Shown here in pieces: positions 37,812 to 48,469 of a stretch of 64,000 nt of DNA (positions are counted from its first letter, which is position 1; every line of letters begins with the position of its first letter). The DNA comes from Candidatus Aminicenantes bacterium (lineage in GTDB: Bacteria > Acidobacteriota > Aminicenantia > Aminicenantales > JAFGBC01), in NCBI GenBank assembly GCA_963702005.1, contig OY969696.1, forward strand, positions 1,536,001 to 1,600,000, written 5' to 3'. The position numbers and the translations under genes were made by a program. Below the pieces are notes generated by a model. That model saw only the letters and a program-made list of their open reading frames with translations, searched no databases and was not told the DNA's origin.

Positions 37812-39083
37812 TCAAACCCGCCGGCCGTCCCGGACGACCAGCCGTCCGTTCTTGATGACGTGGCGGACCGGGTTCGGCCCCAGCTCGTAGACGAGATGGG
37901 CATAGCCGGGGACGTCGCAGAGGATGACGTCCATCTTTTTCCCCGGTTCGAGGCTCCCGACCTCGGCCTGGCGTCCGACGGCGCAGGCGCCGTTGGCCGT
38001 GCAGGCGTTAAGGGCTTCTTCGACCGTCAACCGGAGCGTAAAGACGCCGAGCTGGAGGACGAAGAGCATGGAGCCGACCATGGAGCTTCCGGGATTGAAA
38101 TCAGAGGCTAGGGCCGGGGCGGCGCCCGCGTCGATCAGGTCGCGGGCCGGCGGCCGCTTGTCGAGCATCAGGAAGAAAGGGACTCCCGGCAGGAGAAGGG
38201 CGACGGTCCGGCTCCCCGCCAGGGCCCGGATACCGCTCGGCGTGATCTGGATGAGGTGTTCTGCCGAAACCGCCCCGACCTCGACCGCGAGCTCGGTCGC
38301 TCCCAAGGCGGCGAACTCGTCACTGTGGATCTTGATCCCGAATCCGGCCCGCTGGGCGGCCCGGACCAAACGACGCGTTTCCTCGAGGCTGAAGACGCCC
38401 CGCTCGCAGAAGACGTCGAAGAAATCGGCCAGCCGCCGCTCCCGGACGGCCGGCATGAGCTTCTCGGTCAAGAAATCGACGTAGGCGTCCGTCCGATCCC
38501 GGTACTCGGGCGGGATGTCATGGGCGCCCATGAAGGTCGGGACGACGTCGACCGGATGGAGGCGGTCGACATCGGCCAGGACCTCGAGCTGCTTGATTTC
38601 ATCGTCGAAGTTGAGGCCATAGCCGCTCTTGGCCTCGACCGTCGTCGCTCCCTGGAGAAGCATCCGGTCAAGGCGGCGGAGGCAGAGGCCGGTCAGCTCT
38701 TCGCGCGAGGCGGCCCGGGTCGCCTCGACCGTCGTCCGGATTCCCATCCCTTGTTCGGCGAGCTGGGTGTAAGTCCAGCCTTGGAGGCGGAGGCCGAACT
38801 CCCGGATCCGGTCGCCTGCAAAGGGGAGGTGAGTGTGGCTGTCCACGAAGCCGGGCAGGGCGACCAGGCCCCGTCCGTCGATCCAAACGGCGTCGTCCCC
38901 GGCGACGACCTCGTTCCGGAACTCCGGCTCGGTCCCCGCGAACACGATCCGGCCCTGGAAGGACGCGATCCAGCCCTTCTCGATCAGGCCGCAGTCGCGG
39001 AGGGCGTCCTTGCGCTTGGGCAGCGGCCCGCGGCAGGTCAGGAGCTCGGCGCAGTCCCGGACGACGAGGTCGGCCCGGATCAT
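37812..39083 (-). CDS. hutI: Imidazolonepropionase
   Basis: [50 protein letters not shown]. Confidence 0.95.
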   Translation of the reverse strand: MIRADLVVRDCAELLTCRGPLPKRKDALRDCGLIEKGWIASFQGRIVFAGTEPEFRNEVVAGDDAVWIDGRGLVALPGFVDSHTHLPFAGDRIREFGLRLQGWTYTQLAEQGMGIRTTVEATRAASREELTGLCLRRLDRMLLQGATTVEAKSGYGLNFDDEIKQLEVLADVDRLHPVDVVPTFMGAHDIPPEYRDRTDAYVDFLTEKLMPAVRERRLADFFDVFCERGVFSLEETRRLVRAAQRAGFGIKIHSDEFAALGATELAVEVGAVSAEHLIQITPSGIRALAGSRTVALLLPGVPFFLMLDKRPPARDLIDAGAAPALASDFNPGSSMVGSMLFVLQLGVFTLRLTVEEALNACTANGACAVGRQAEVGSLEPGKKMDVILCDVPGYAHLVYELGPNPVRHVIKNGRLVVRDGRRV

Positions 39084-40279
39084 GACGGATTCTTACGGAC
39101 GGCCGTCTGCCGGGAGCGGCGGATGAAAGCGGGCGTTTCGTAGCGGTCGAACTGGTTTTCCCAAGCCGGAGGCGTCCAGGCCGGCGCGTGGCCCCTCGGC
39201 TCGAAGAGGTAGGGAGGCGTCTCCCTCTTGACCGGAAAGGGCGGCGGCGTCGGCGCCGACCGCGGCCGGAAGTCCTCCTCCGCCTCGTCCTCGAGCGGCC
39301 GGGCGTTCTCGAAGCCGGTGGCGATGACGGTGACCTTGGTCAGGTCCTTCATGGTTTCGTCGATGACCGTCCCGAAGATGATGTTGGCTTCGGAATGGGA
39401 CAGGCCGTGGATGAGCTCGGCGGCCTTGGAGACCTCGCTTAGGGCGAGGTCCTTGCCGCCGGTGATATTGATCAGAATGCCCCGGGCGCCCTCGATCGAG
39501 GTGTCGATGAGGAGGGGCGAGGAGATGGCTTTCTGGGCGGCGTCGACGGCCCGGTTCTCGCCCGAGGCGATCCCCGTCCCCAGGAAGGCCATGCCCATCC
39601 CCTTCATGACCGATTTGACGTCGGCGAAGTCGAGGTTGATCAGCCCCGGTTTGGTGATCAGGTCCGAGATCCCCTGGACCGCCTGGCGGAGGATGTCGTC
39701 GGCCATTTTAAAGGCGTCCTGGATCGAGGTGTTGAGGTTGACCGTCTGGAGGAGCCGCTCGTTGGGGATGGAGATGACCGTATCGACGGCCGACTTGAGC
39801 TCTCCCAGTCCGGCCTCGGCCTGGCGGGCCCGGATCTTACCCTCGAACTCGAAGGGAAGCGTCACGATGGCGATGGCCAGGATATCCATCTCGGCGGCAA
39901 GGTTGGCCAGGATGGGAGTCGCGCCGGTCCCGGTCCCGCCGCCCAGGCCCGTCGTCAGGAAAACCATGTCCGATCCATGGAGGATCTCGATCAGAAGCTC
40001 GGTGTCCTCCATGGCCGCCTGCCGGCCGATCTCGGGACGGCCGCCCGAGCCGAGGCCCTTGGTCAGGTTGGCCCCGATCTGGACTTTCTTGTCCGCCCGG
40101 TTCGACTGGAGGGCCTGAAGATCCGTGTTGACGGCGATGAATTCAACGCCCTTGATCCCGGCCTCGATCATCCGGTTGACGGCGTTCCCCCCGCCCCCTC
40201 CGATGCCGATGACCCGGATCTTGGCCGCCAGGCCTTCGTCGACGAGCTGAAACTTGAGTTTGGTGATGGTGTCGGTCAT
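39080..40279 (-). CDS. ftsZ: Cell division protein FtsZ
   Basis: [27 protein letters not shown]-terminal TPAFIRR. Confidence 0.98.
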   Translation of the reverse strand: MTDTITKLKFQLVDEGLAAKIRVIGIGGGGGNAVNRMIEAGIKGVEFIAVNTDLQALQSNRADKKVQIGANLTKGLGSGGRPEIGRQAAMEDTELLIEILHGSDMVFLTTGLGGGTGTGATPILANLAAEMDILAIAIVTLPFEFEGKIRARQAEAGLGELKSAVDTVISIPNERLLQTVNLNTSIQDAFKMADDILRQAVQGISDLITKPGLINLDFADVKSVMKGMGMAFLGTGIASGENRAVDAAQKAISSPLLIDTSIEGARGILINITGGKDLALSEVSKAAELIHGLSHSEANIIFGTVIDETMKDLTKVTVIATGFENARPLEDEAEEDFRPRSAPTPPPFPVKRETPPYLFEPRGHAPAWTPPAWENQFDRYETPAFIRRSRQTAVRKNPS

Positions 40280-40289
40280 GGTTGCCTCC

Positions 40290-41513
40290 TTATGCCTCTT
40301 TGAACCAGTCTTTGACCTTGGTCCAGACGCCTTTTTTACGATCCTTGGACAGGCCCTTGTCCTGCCACTGGTTGTAGCCGGTCAGGATGAGCCCGACGGC
40401 CGTCGCGTAGTCGGGCGTGCTGACCCGGTCCATGAGCCCGCTGACCCCGGTCGGGTCGCCGCGCCGGACCGGGAGGTCGAAGATCTCCTCGGCGACTTCC
40501 TCGAGGCCCTCAAGGAGGGCCGTGCCGCCGGTCAGGACGATCCCGGAGTTGAGGGACTTTTCATAGCCCATCCGCTTGATGTCGTTGTCGACCAGGCGGA
40601 AGATCTCCTCGGCCCGGGGCTGGATGATATCGGCCAGGAGCTGGCGGGACAGGACGCGCGGCTTGCGGCCCCGGCCGACGGCCGGGACGTCGATCGTCTC
40701 CTGCTCGTCGAGGGCGGGCGAGGCGACGCAGCCGAATTTTTTCTTGATCTTTTCGGCCTCGGGGATGGGCGTCCGGAGCCCGACGGCGATGTCATTGGTG
40801 AAGTTGTCTCCGCCGATCGGGATGATCGAGGTGTACCAGAGGCTGCCCCGCTCGAAAATGGCGACCTCGGTCGTGCCGGCCCCGATGTCGACCAGCCCGA
40901 CGCCGAGCTCCCGCTCGTCGTGGGTCAGGACGGCGGCCGCCGTCGCGATCTGGTTGAGGATGATCTGCCGGATGTCGACCTCGGCCCGCTCCAGCGAGCT
41001 GCGCAAGTTTTGAACCGAGGTGATGGCCGAGGTCACGATGTGGACGTTGACCTCGAGCTTGATCCCGCTCATGCCCAGCGGATCCTTGATGCCGTCCTGC
41101 TCGTCGACGACGAACTCCTGGGGGATGATATGGATGATCTCCCGGTCGGGCGGGATGGAGACGGCCTTGGATTGGTCGATGACGCGGCGGATGTCCTCCC
41201 GGGTGATGACCCGGTTCTTGCCCGAGACGGCGACCACGCCCCGGCTGTTGAAACTCTTGATATGGGCCCCCGAAATCCCGATGAAGGCGGAGTCCATCTC
41301 GACCCCGGCCATCAGCTCGGCCTCTTCCTGGGCCTTCTTGACGGCGGCCGTCGTCGCCTCGAGGTTGACGACGACCCCCTTGCGGAGCCCGCGCGACTCG
41401 GCCGTCCCGATCCCGATGACCTCGAGCTTGCGGTCCTCCGTGATCTCGGCGATGACGGCGGCCACCTTGCGGGTCCCGATGTCGATCCCGAACACATAGT
41501 TGTTCTTAGGCAT
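40290..41513 (-). CDS. ftsA: Cell division protein FtsA
   Basis: [36 protein letters not shown]. Confidence 0.97.
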   Translation of the reverse strand: MPKNNYVFGIDIGTRKVAAVIAEITEDRKLEVIGIGTAESRGLRKGVVVNLEATTAAVKKAQEEAELMAGVEMDSAFIGISGAHIKSFNSRGVVAVSGKNRVITREDIRRVIDQSKAVSIPPDREIIHIIPQEFVVDEQDGIKDPLGMSGIKLEVNVHIVTSAITSVQNLRSSLERAEVDIRQIILNQIATAAAVLTHDERELGVGLVDIGAGTTEVAIFERGSLWYTSIIPIGGDNFTNDIAVGLRTPIPEAEKIKKKFGCVASPALDEQETIDVPAVGRGRKPRVLSRQLLADIIQPRAEEIFRLVDNDIKRMGYEKSLNSGIVLTGGTALLEGLEEVAEEIFDLPVRRGDPTGVSGLMDRVSTPDYATAVGLILTGYNQWQDKGLSKDRKKGVWTKVKDWFKEA

Positions 41514-42403
41514 CAGTCGGCCTCCTTCGAGGAAGTGGGGGGGAGCGCCGCCGGCGGCGACTCCTGGGGAAGGGGGACCTGCCTTACGGTCAAGCGGTCC
41601 TGGAACAGGCGCAGGTCCACGTAATCGAGCTCTCCGAGCTGTTTTTTCAGCCAGACTTCGGCCTCCAAATAGAGAGCGAGTTTTTCCGGGAAGCGGTCCC
41701 CCCCCAGGATAAGACGGGTCGGGTTGCCCTTGAGGGTAAGGACGACTTTTCCGAACTCGGAGAGGTCCAGGCTCTCGACCCGGCTCCGTTCGTCGGGTCC
41801 GAGGCTGTCGATGCAGGACCAGGCCAGCTCGAGCTTCTCCGCGGCGTCCGTCCGGAAACCGTCTTCATCCCGGAGAAGAGGCAGGTCCAGCCCCTCCGGA
41901 GAGGCCAGGTTTTCGAGAATGACGCCGTCCCGGTCGATGAGGCGGAGACCGTCGGCCGAGCCGAGGACGGCCGCCGGGCGGCGTTCGCGAATCTCGACCC
42001 TCAGCGTCGCGGGGAAGTCCTTGCGGATGACGGCCTCCCGGACCCAGCGATGCCGCTCGAGGGCGTCCTTGAGACGGGCGATGTCGAGGAGAAGGATGTT
42101 TCCCAGCCGGCAATCGGCCAGGGCCGCTTCGAGCTCCGTGCGAGCGGATTCGACCCGGCAGTCGAGAATGACGGTCTTGATCGTAAAAACGTCCCAGCCG
42201 ATCAAGAACAGATAGGCCCGGCTCAGCCCGAATAGGAGGGCCGATATAGCGAGGACCGCGAGCGCGATGTGTTTGGGCCGGAGAAGAATCCGGCGCTGGG
42301 CCCTTTGGACCCGGCCCCGGATCTCGCCCCGCTGGAAGTGGGAGGTCCCGGCGCGGAGGGCGTCCTCCCAGCGCGGGAAGGCATGGGGAGCCGTCGCGTT
42401 CAT
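41513..42403 (-). CDS. ftsQ: Cell division protein FtsQ/DivIB
   Basis: Single TM, POTRA (WVREAVIRKDFPATL.V.I.ER.P), YVDLR; position before ftsA. Confidence 0.9.
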   Translation of the reverse strand: MNATAPHAFPRWEDALRAGTSHFQRGEIRGRVQRAQRRILLRPKHIALAVLAISALLFGLSRAYLFLIGWDVFTIKTVILDCRVESARTELEAALADCRLGNILLLDIARLKDALERHRWVREAVIRKDFPATLRVEIRERRPAAVLGSADGLRLIDRDGVILENLASPEGLDLPLLRDEDGFRTDAAEKLELAWSCIDSLGPDERSRVESLDLSEFGKVVLTLKGNPTRLILGGDRFPEKLALYLEAEVWLKKQLGELDYVDLRLFQDRLTVRQVPLPQESPPAALPPTSSKEAD

Positions 42404-42407
42404 TGTC

Positions 42408-43796
42408 CTATCTTCGCGCCTCCAACCGCTCGACGAGGCCGGGGATGACCTGGCTGATGTTCCCCGCTCCCATGATGAGGATGATGTCCTTGGGCCCGGC
42501 GATTCCGGCCACCAGCTCGGGGATCCGCTTTAAGTCGGCTTCGAACCGGACGTCGTGATGGCCCAGCCGGCGCGTTTCCTCGAAGAGGGCCTTGCCGGTC
42601 ACGCCGGGAATGGGGTCCTCGCTGGCCGGATAGATCTCGGTCATGACGACGACGTCGGCCTGGTTGAAGGCCGTCGCGAACTGGGCCGTCAGGGCCGCGA
42701 CCCGTGTATAGCGGTGCGGCTGGAAGACGGCCACGACCCGGCGCGGCCAGCCCCGCTTGGCCGCCTCGAGGGTTGCCCGGATCTCGGTCGGGTGGTGGGC
42801 GTAGTCCTCGATGATCATGATGTCTCCGATCTCCTTTTTGAGTTCGAAGCGGCGGCCCGTTCCCGGGTAGGACTCGAGGGCCTTGAGGATGATGTCGAGG
42901 GGGATGTCGAGGTCCATCCCGACGGCGGCCGCGGCCATGGCGTTGAGGATGTTGTGCTTGCCGGGGACGCTCAGGCGAAGCGTGCCCAGCATCCGGCCGC
43001 GCACGAAAAGGGACGAACTGCTCGTGAACCGGTCGAAGGCGTGGTCGCGGGCGAAGAAATCGGCCTGGGCCGAGAATCCGTAGCTGATGATCTTCCGGTC
43101 GATTTGGGGGATGAGGCTCTGGAGGTTCGGGTCGTCCAGGCAAAGGACGACCGGACAGTAGAAAGGGACCTTATTGGCGAAGTTGACGAAGGTCCGCTGG
43201 ATCTCCTCGACGTCCCGGTATTGGTCGAGATGTTCCTCGTCGATGTTGGTCAGGACGGCGATGAACGGAGACAGATAGAGAAAGGAGCGATCGCTCTCGT
43301 CGGCCTCGGCGACGATGAAATCGCCCGCCCCGAGCTTGGCGTTGGCGCCGATCGTATTAAGCCGGCCGCCGACGATGATGGTCGGGTCGAAACCGCCCGC
43401 CTCCAGGACCTGGGCGATCATGGATGTCGTCGAGGTCTTGCCGTGGGAGCCGGCGATCGCGATCCCGTATTTCATCCTCATCAGCTCGGCCAGCATCTCG
43501 GCCCGGGGGATGACGGGGATCTTGAGGGCCTTGGCCTCTTGGACCTCGACGTTGTCCTCGCGGATGGCCGAGGAGATGACGACGACATCGGCCCCCCGGA
43601 CGGACTCGGCTTTATGGCCGATGCGCACGGTCGCCCCTAGTTTAACAAGGCGGCGGGTCGCCTCGTTCTCCTGGACATCCGATCCGCTGATGGCGTAATC
43701 GAGGTTCAGGAGGACCTCGGCGATGCCGTTCATGCCCGTCCCGCCGATGCCGACCATGTGAATTCGCTTGAGCTTCCGGTAGCCTTTTTTGACCAT
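42408..43796 (-). CDS. murC: UDP-N-acetylmuramate--L-alanine ligase
   Basis: GIGGTGM, GSHGKTSTT, EADESD, DYAHHPTE, FQPHRYTR. Confidence 0.97.
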   Translation of the reverse strand: MVKKGYRKLKRIHMVGIGGTGMNGIAEVLLNLDYAISGSDVQENEATRRLVKLGATVRIGHKAESVRGADVVVISSAIREDNVEVQEAKALKIPVIPRAEMLAELMRMKYGIAIAGSHGKTSTTSMIAQVLEAGGFDPTIIVGGRLNTIGANAKLGAGDFIVAEADESDRSFLYLSPFIAVLTNIDEEHLDQYRDVEEIQRTFVNFANKVPFYCPVVLCLDDPNLQSLIPQIDRKIISYGFSAQADFFARDHAFDRFTSSSSLFVRGRMLGTLRLSVPGKHNILNAMAAAAVGMDLDIPLDIILKALESYPGTGRRFELKKEIGDIMIIEDYAHHPTEIRATLEAAKRGWPRRVVAVFQPHRYTRVAALTAQFATAFNQADVVVMTEIYPASEDPIPGVTGKALFEETRRLGHHDVRFEADLKRIPELVAGIAGPKDIILIMGAGNISQVIPGLVERLEARR

Positions 43797-43797
43797 G

Positions 43798-44892
43798 TCA
43801 ATCCTTCCTGCCGGTCCGGCCCATCAATTCCAGACAGAGCCGGGCGATCCTGTCCGCGGCGCCCGGCCGCCGGAGGGCGGCGAGCCTCGACTCCAGGGCC
43901 GTGAGCGTCGTCCCGTCCGAGGCGAGCTTGAGGACGATCTCGGCCAGGGCCGCCGCCGTGCAATTTTTCTCCTCGAGAACGACGGCGGCACCCGCCTCCT
44001 CCAGAGCCCGCGCGTTCAGGAGCTGATGGTCCTCCGCGGCCCCGGCGAACGGGATGAGGACGGCGGCCCGCCCGGCCGCGATGAGCTCAGCGCAGGTCGT
44101 GGCGCCGGCCCGGCTGATAATGAGGTGGGCGCGGGCGAAGCGGTCGGCCATATCGGCGAAAAAGGGCGCGACTATGACGTCCTTGAATCCCAGCTCCCGG
44201 TAGCGTTCGCTGACGCGGGCAAGGTCCTTGTCGCCGGTCTGGTGAAGGAAACGGAAGCGGTCTTTCCGGGCGGCCAGGATGGGGAGGGCGGCGACAACGG
44301 CCTCGTTCAAAAAGGCGGATCCCTGGCTTCCCCCGAAGACGAGGATGGTGAAGGGCGCGCCGGCCCGCGCGCGGGGAAGATTCTCGAACTCGGCGCGGAC
44401 CGGATTTCCCAGGACGGCGGCCTTGCCCTTGAAGTAGGGGAGCGACTCTTCGAAGGCGACCGCCGCCTTTCGGACCCAAGGCCGGAGGAGGCGGTTTGTG
44501 AACCCGGGCCGGACGTTTTGCTCAAGGATGAGCGTCGGGAGCCGAAGGAGCGCGGCCAGCAGCACGACCGGCCCCGAGCTGTACCCGCCGGCCCCGATGA
44601 CGAGACGGGGCCGCGTCCGGGCTAGCAACACGAGGGCCTGGACCAACGAGACCGGAAGCAGGACGAGGGTTCGCAGGCTTTTCCAGCCTCGGCCCTTGAG
44701 GCCTTCGATCGTCATCGGGACGAACTCAAAGCCGGTATCCTTCAGGATGCCGGATTCGATGCGGCGTCGGCTGCCGACGAAGACGATCGGAAGTCCGGGG
44801 ACGAGCTCGCGAAGTTTGCGGGCCACGGCAAGGGCGGGGAAGAGATGTCCGCCCGTCCCTCCGCCGCTGATGACGACGCCCCTCCCGGTCAT
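43798..44892 (-). CDS. murG: MurG glycosyltransferase
   Basis: GGGTGGHLFP, GGY.S.P, EQN, GNPVR, GGSQG, HQ..NA. Confidence 0.97.
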   Translation of the reverse strand: MTGRGVVISGGGTGGHLFPALAVARKLRELVPGLPIVFVGSRRRIESGILKDTGFEFVPMTIEGLKGRGWKSLRTLVLLPVSLVQALVLLARTRPRLVIGAGGYSSGPVVLLAALLRLPTLILEQNVRPGFTNRLLRPWVRKAAVAFEESLPYFKGKAAVLGNPVRAEFENLPRARAGAPFTILVFGGSQGSAFLNEAVVAALPILAARKDRFRFLHQTGDKDLARVSERYRELGFKDVIVAPFFADMADRFARAHLIISRAGATTCAELIAAGRAAVLIPFAGAAEDHQLLNARALEEAGAAVVLEEKNCTAAALAEIVLKLASDGTTLTALESRLAALRRPGAADRIARLCLELMGRTGRKD

Positions 44893-46004
44893 GGCTGGTA
44901 GGGGTCCTTTTTGCCCCTGCGCTGGGAAATATTGAGGATGATGCCGAGCGCGGCCAAGGTCATGACTAGAGATGAGCGGCCGTAGCTCATAAGCGGCAGG
45001 GGGATTCCTTTGGCCGGGCCGATTCCTAGGACGATCGTGATATTGAGGAGGGCCTGGGTCCCGATCATGAGGATGAGTCCGAGGACGGTCAGCTGGGCGG
45101 CCAGTCCGGGCGCCCGGGAGAAAACGACGATTCCCCTCCAGATGAGAAGGCCGAACAGGGCCAGAACGGCCAGCGTCCCGAGGAGTCCGGTTTCCTCGCC
45201 CAGGATGGCGTAAATGAAGTCGGTGTGGGCGCAGGGAAGGAAGAACAGTTTTTGGGTGCTCTCGCCGATGCTCACGCCGACGAGTCCGCCCGTGCCGACG
45301 GCCAGCTTGGACTGAATAATCTGGAAACCGGCGCCGAGCGGGTCCCGGTTGGGAAAGAGGAAGGTCAGAACCCGCTCAATTCGGTAGGGGGCCTGGACGA
45401 GGTAGAGCCCGAACAGCGCTGCCGAGCCGGCCCCGAGCAGTCCGAGATGCTTGAGGCGGACACCGCTCACAAACAGGATCAGGAGGCAATTCAGAAAGAC
45501 AAGAAGCCCGGTCCCATAGTCGGGCTCGAGGAGGATCAGGAGCGTGAAGACGGCGATTACGGCCAGCGGCAAGACGAGAGAGCGGGCCTCATGGAGAGCG
45601 TCCCTTTTTCTCTCGAGCGTATGGGCGAGGAACAAGACCAGGCTGATCTTGGCGAGCTCGGAGGGCTGGAAGCGAATCCCGCGCAGGAGGACCCAGCGGT
45701 GGGTGCCGGCCACGCTGGGCATGAGGAAGCAGAGGAGGAGAAGTCCTCCGGCGCCGGCGAGCAGGCCGTAGACGATGACCGGGTTCCGGAAGAACGGGGA
45801 ACGGACCCGGAGGAGGGCCACCAAGAGACCGATCCCCAGGGCGGCTCCCAAGGCCTGTTGGGCCAGGAAGTAGAACGGCTGGTGGAACTTCTCATCGGCC
45901 AGGACACCCGACGAACTGAAGACCATCACCACACCCCCCGCGACAAGGAGCAGGGTGATGACGAAGAGGGTCTTGTCGAAGCCGCCGGTCCGGAAGCTCT
46001 CCAT
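44889..46004 (-). CDS. ftsW: Peptidoglycan glycosyltransferase FtsW
   Basis: FQPSELAK, EPDYGT, HTDFIYAILGEE, KGIPLPLMSYG. Confidence 0.96.
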   Translation of the reverse strand: MESFRTGGFDKTLFVITLLLVAGGVVMVFSSSGVLADEKFHQPFYFLAQQALGAALGIGLLVALLRVRSPFFRNPVIVYGLLAGAGGLLLLCFLMPSVAGTHRWVLLRGIRFQPSELAKISLVLFLAHTLERKRDALHEARSLVLPLAVIAVFTLLILLEPDYGTGLLVFLNCLLILFVSGVRLKHLGLLGAGSAALFGLYLVQAPYRIERVLTFLFPNRDPLGAGFQIIQSKLAVGTGGLVGVSIGESTQKLFFLPCAHTDFIYAILGEETGLLGTLAVLALFGLLIWRGIVVFSRAPGLAAQLTVLGLILMIGTQALLNITIVLGIGPAKGIPLPLMSYGRSSLVMTLAALGIILNISQRRGKKDPYQP

Positions 46005-46007
46005 GGC

Positions 46008-47375
46008 CTAGGGCCGCTCCTTTCGCAGGCGCTTGTCCAGGGCCCGGACGGCGCTCTTGAAGACGCGGCCGCGCTGCTCGTAATTCCGGAACCAGTCGAA
46101 GCTCGCGCAGGCGGGCGCGAGAAGGACGACGTCGCCGGAACGGGCCGCCGCGAAGCTCCGGGCGACCGCCTCTTTCATCGAGCCCGTCTCGACGATCGGG
46201 GCCGCGTCCTCCAGGCCTTTCCGGATTTTGTCCTTGGACTCGCCGATGAGGACCAGCGTTCGAACTCGGGCCCGGATGTCCCGGCGGAGCGCGCTGAAGT
46301 CGCCGCCCTTGTCCTTTCCGCCGATGATCAGGACGATTGTCCTGGTGAAGGATTGAAGGGCTTTGAGCGTTGCGTCGACCGTCGTGGCCTTGGAGTCGTT
46401 GACGAAACGAACCCCGCGCACGGTTAAAACGGGCTCGAGGCGGTGTTCGAGGCCCCGGAAAGTCCGGATGGTCGCGCGCATTGACTCGGCCGGGACTTCG
46501 AACAGGTGGCCGATGAGGGCGGCCGCCATGACGTTCTCTTGGTTGTGGCCTCCCGGGATCGGGATCTCGGCGGTCCGGATGAGCCGGCGCTCCGTCCCGT
46601 CCCGGAGCACGATCCAGCCTTGCTCGAGGAAGCAGCCGGCCCGGACCCGGCGGCGCCGGCTGAAACTCAGCACCCGGGCGGGGAGGTCCTTGGCGAGCGA
46701 CCAGACCAGGGCATCCTCCCGGTTCAGGATGGCCGTGTCTTCGGCCGTCTGAGTCGCGAACAACTTCCGCTTGGCCTCGTAGTATTCCTCGAAGGAGGCG
46801 TGCCAGTCGAGATGATTGAGGGAGATGTTGAGGAAGGCCGCGACGCGGGCCCGGAAGAAATCCGTGCGCTGGAGCTGAAAGCTCGAGATCTCGGTCACGT
46901 AGACATCCGCCGTCCGGCTCTTCTCGACGAAGCCGATGAGCGGCGTTCCGATGTTCCCGACCAGGCGGGCCCGGAATCCCGCATCCTTGAGAATCCGCTG
47001 GGCGAGGGTCGTCGTCGTCGACTTCCCGTTCGATCCCGTGATCCCGATGATGGTCCCCTTCAGGAATCGGAAGGCGATTTCGATCTCGGATAGAACCGGG
47101 ACGCCCTTGGCCCGCGCGGCCCGGAGTTCGGGAATGTCGGGGACGCCCGGACTGGGGACGATCAGGTCCGCTCGAAGGAAGGTGTCCGGGACGTGGCCGC
47201 ACGTTTCGAGGACGGCCCCCCGCGACCTCAGGTCCGCGACGGCCCGGCCCAGTTCGGTCTCCGGCTTCTTGTCGCTGACCGTGACCCGCGCCCCCCGGCC
47301 GAGGAAGAAGCGGGCGGTCGCCTCGCCCGTCTTGGCGAGCCCGACGATGAGGACCTTCTTGTTCGCGAATTCCAT
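46008..47375 (-). CDS. murD: UDP-MurNAc-L-Ala--D-glutamate ligase
   Basis: GSNGKSTTT, GNIG.P, EISSFQL, NDSKAT, PACASFD.F.NYEQRG. Confidence 0.97.
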   Translation of the reverse strand: MEFANKKVLIVGLAKTGEATARFFLGRGARVTVSDKKPETELGRAVADLRSRGAVLETCGHVPDTFLRADLIVPSPGVPDIPELRAARAKGVPVLSEIEIAFRFLKGTIIGITGSNGKSTTTTLAQRILKDAGFRARLVGNIGTPLIGFVEKSRTADVYVTEISSFQLQRTDFFRARVAAFLNISLNHLDWHASFEEYYEAKRKLFATQTAEDTAILNREDALVWSLAKDLPARVLSFSRRRRVRAGCFLEQGWIVLRDGTERRLIRTAEIPIPGGHNQENVMAAALIGHLFEVPAESMRATIRTFRGLEHRLEPVLTVRGVRFVNDSKATTVDATLKALQSFTRTIVLIIGGKDKGGDFSALRRDIRARVRTLVLIGESKDKIRKGLEDAAPIVETGSMKEAVARSFAAARSGDVVLLAPACASFDWFRNYEQRGRVFKSAVRALDKRLRKERP

Positions 47376-47379
47376 GCGT

Positions 47380-48468
47380 CTATCTCAACTTCAAGGTCGT
47401 CAAGCTGAACAGGGCGAAGATGATGGCCAGGATCCAAAAACGGACGACGACCTTCTCTTCGCGCCAGCCGGCCAGCTCGAAGTGATGGTGGAGGGGCGCC
47501 ATCCGGAAGATCCGCTTGCCCTTGGTCAGCTTGAAGTAGGAGATCTGGGCCAGGACCGAGAGCGCCTCCAGGATGAACACGCCGGCGACCGAGAAGAGGA
47601 GGAATTCCTGCTTGATGAGGATGGCGATGACGGCCAGGGTCGCGCCCAGGGATAAAGCCCCCACGTCGCCCATGAAGATTTGGGCCGGATGGCAGTTGAA
47701 CCACAGAAAACCCAGGCAGGCGCCGGTCAGGGCTCCGGCGAAGACGGTCAGCTCGGCCGCGCGGGGGACGCGGGCGATGGCCAGATACTGGGAGAAAACG
47801 GCGTGGCCCGCGATATAGGTCAGCGTCGTCAAAGCCGCTGCGCTGATCAGGGTCAGGCCGATGGCCAGCCCATCCAGACCGTCGGCGAGGTTGACCGCGT
47901 TCGAGGAACCGACCAGGATGAAGACGATCAAGGGCAGGTAGAGCCAGCCGAGGAAGGGGACCCACTCCTTGAGGAACGGAAAACTCAACCGGAGGCTGAA
48001 CGCTCCTTCCATCCCGAGCGAGATGAGAATGAGTCCGATGCCGACGGCGAGGGCACTTTGGAGGAAGAGCTTGGGCCAGATCCGGAGGCCCAAGGACCTT
48101 TTCCGGCGGAACTTGACGTAATCGTCCCAGAACCCGATCAGGCCGAAGCACACCATGGTCAGCATGGCGACCCAGACATAAGTGTTGCCGAGGTTGCCCC
48201 AGAGGAGAGTCGGGAGAAGGGTCGAGGCGATGATGAGGAGCCCGCCCATGGACGGCGTCCCCTTCTTGCTCAGGTGGGATTGCGGACCCTCGAGGCGGAC
48301 CTCCTGGCCGATCTGCATTTTTTTGAGCATCCGTATGAGCCAGGGGCCGAGGAGGAAGCTGAGGAGGAGGGCCGTGATCCCGGCCAGGGCCGTCCGGACC
48401 GTGATGTAGCGGAAGATGTTGAAGAAGAACAGGGATTTTCGGAGCGGAACGAGGAGCCAGTAGAGCAC
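47380..48468 (-). CDS. mraY: Phospho-MurNAc-pentapeptide transferase
   Basis: KKGTPSMGG, NAVNLADGLDGL, IFMGDVG, MAPLHHHFE. Confidence 0.97.
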   Translation of the reverse strand: MLYWLLVPLRKSLFFFNIFRYITVRTALAGITALLLSFLLGPWLIRMLKKMQIGQEVRLEGPQSHLSKKGTPSMGGLLIIASTLLPTLLWGNLGNTYVWVAMLTMVCFGLIGFWDDYVKFRRKRSLGLRIWPKLFLQSALAVGIGLILISLGMEGAFSLRLSFPFLKEWVPFLGWLYLPLIVFILVGSSNAVNLADGLDGLAIGLTLISAAALTTLTYIAGHAVFSQYLAIARVPRAAELTVFAGALTGACLGFLWFNCHPAQIFMGDVGALSLGATLAVIAILIKQEFLLFSVAGVFILEALSVLAQISYFKLTKGKRIFRMAPLHHHFELAGWREEKVVVRFWILAIIFALFSLTTLKLR

Positions 48469-48469
48469 G

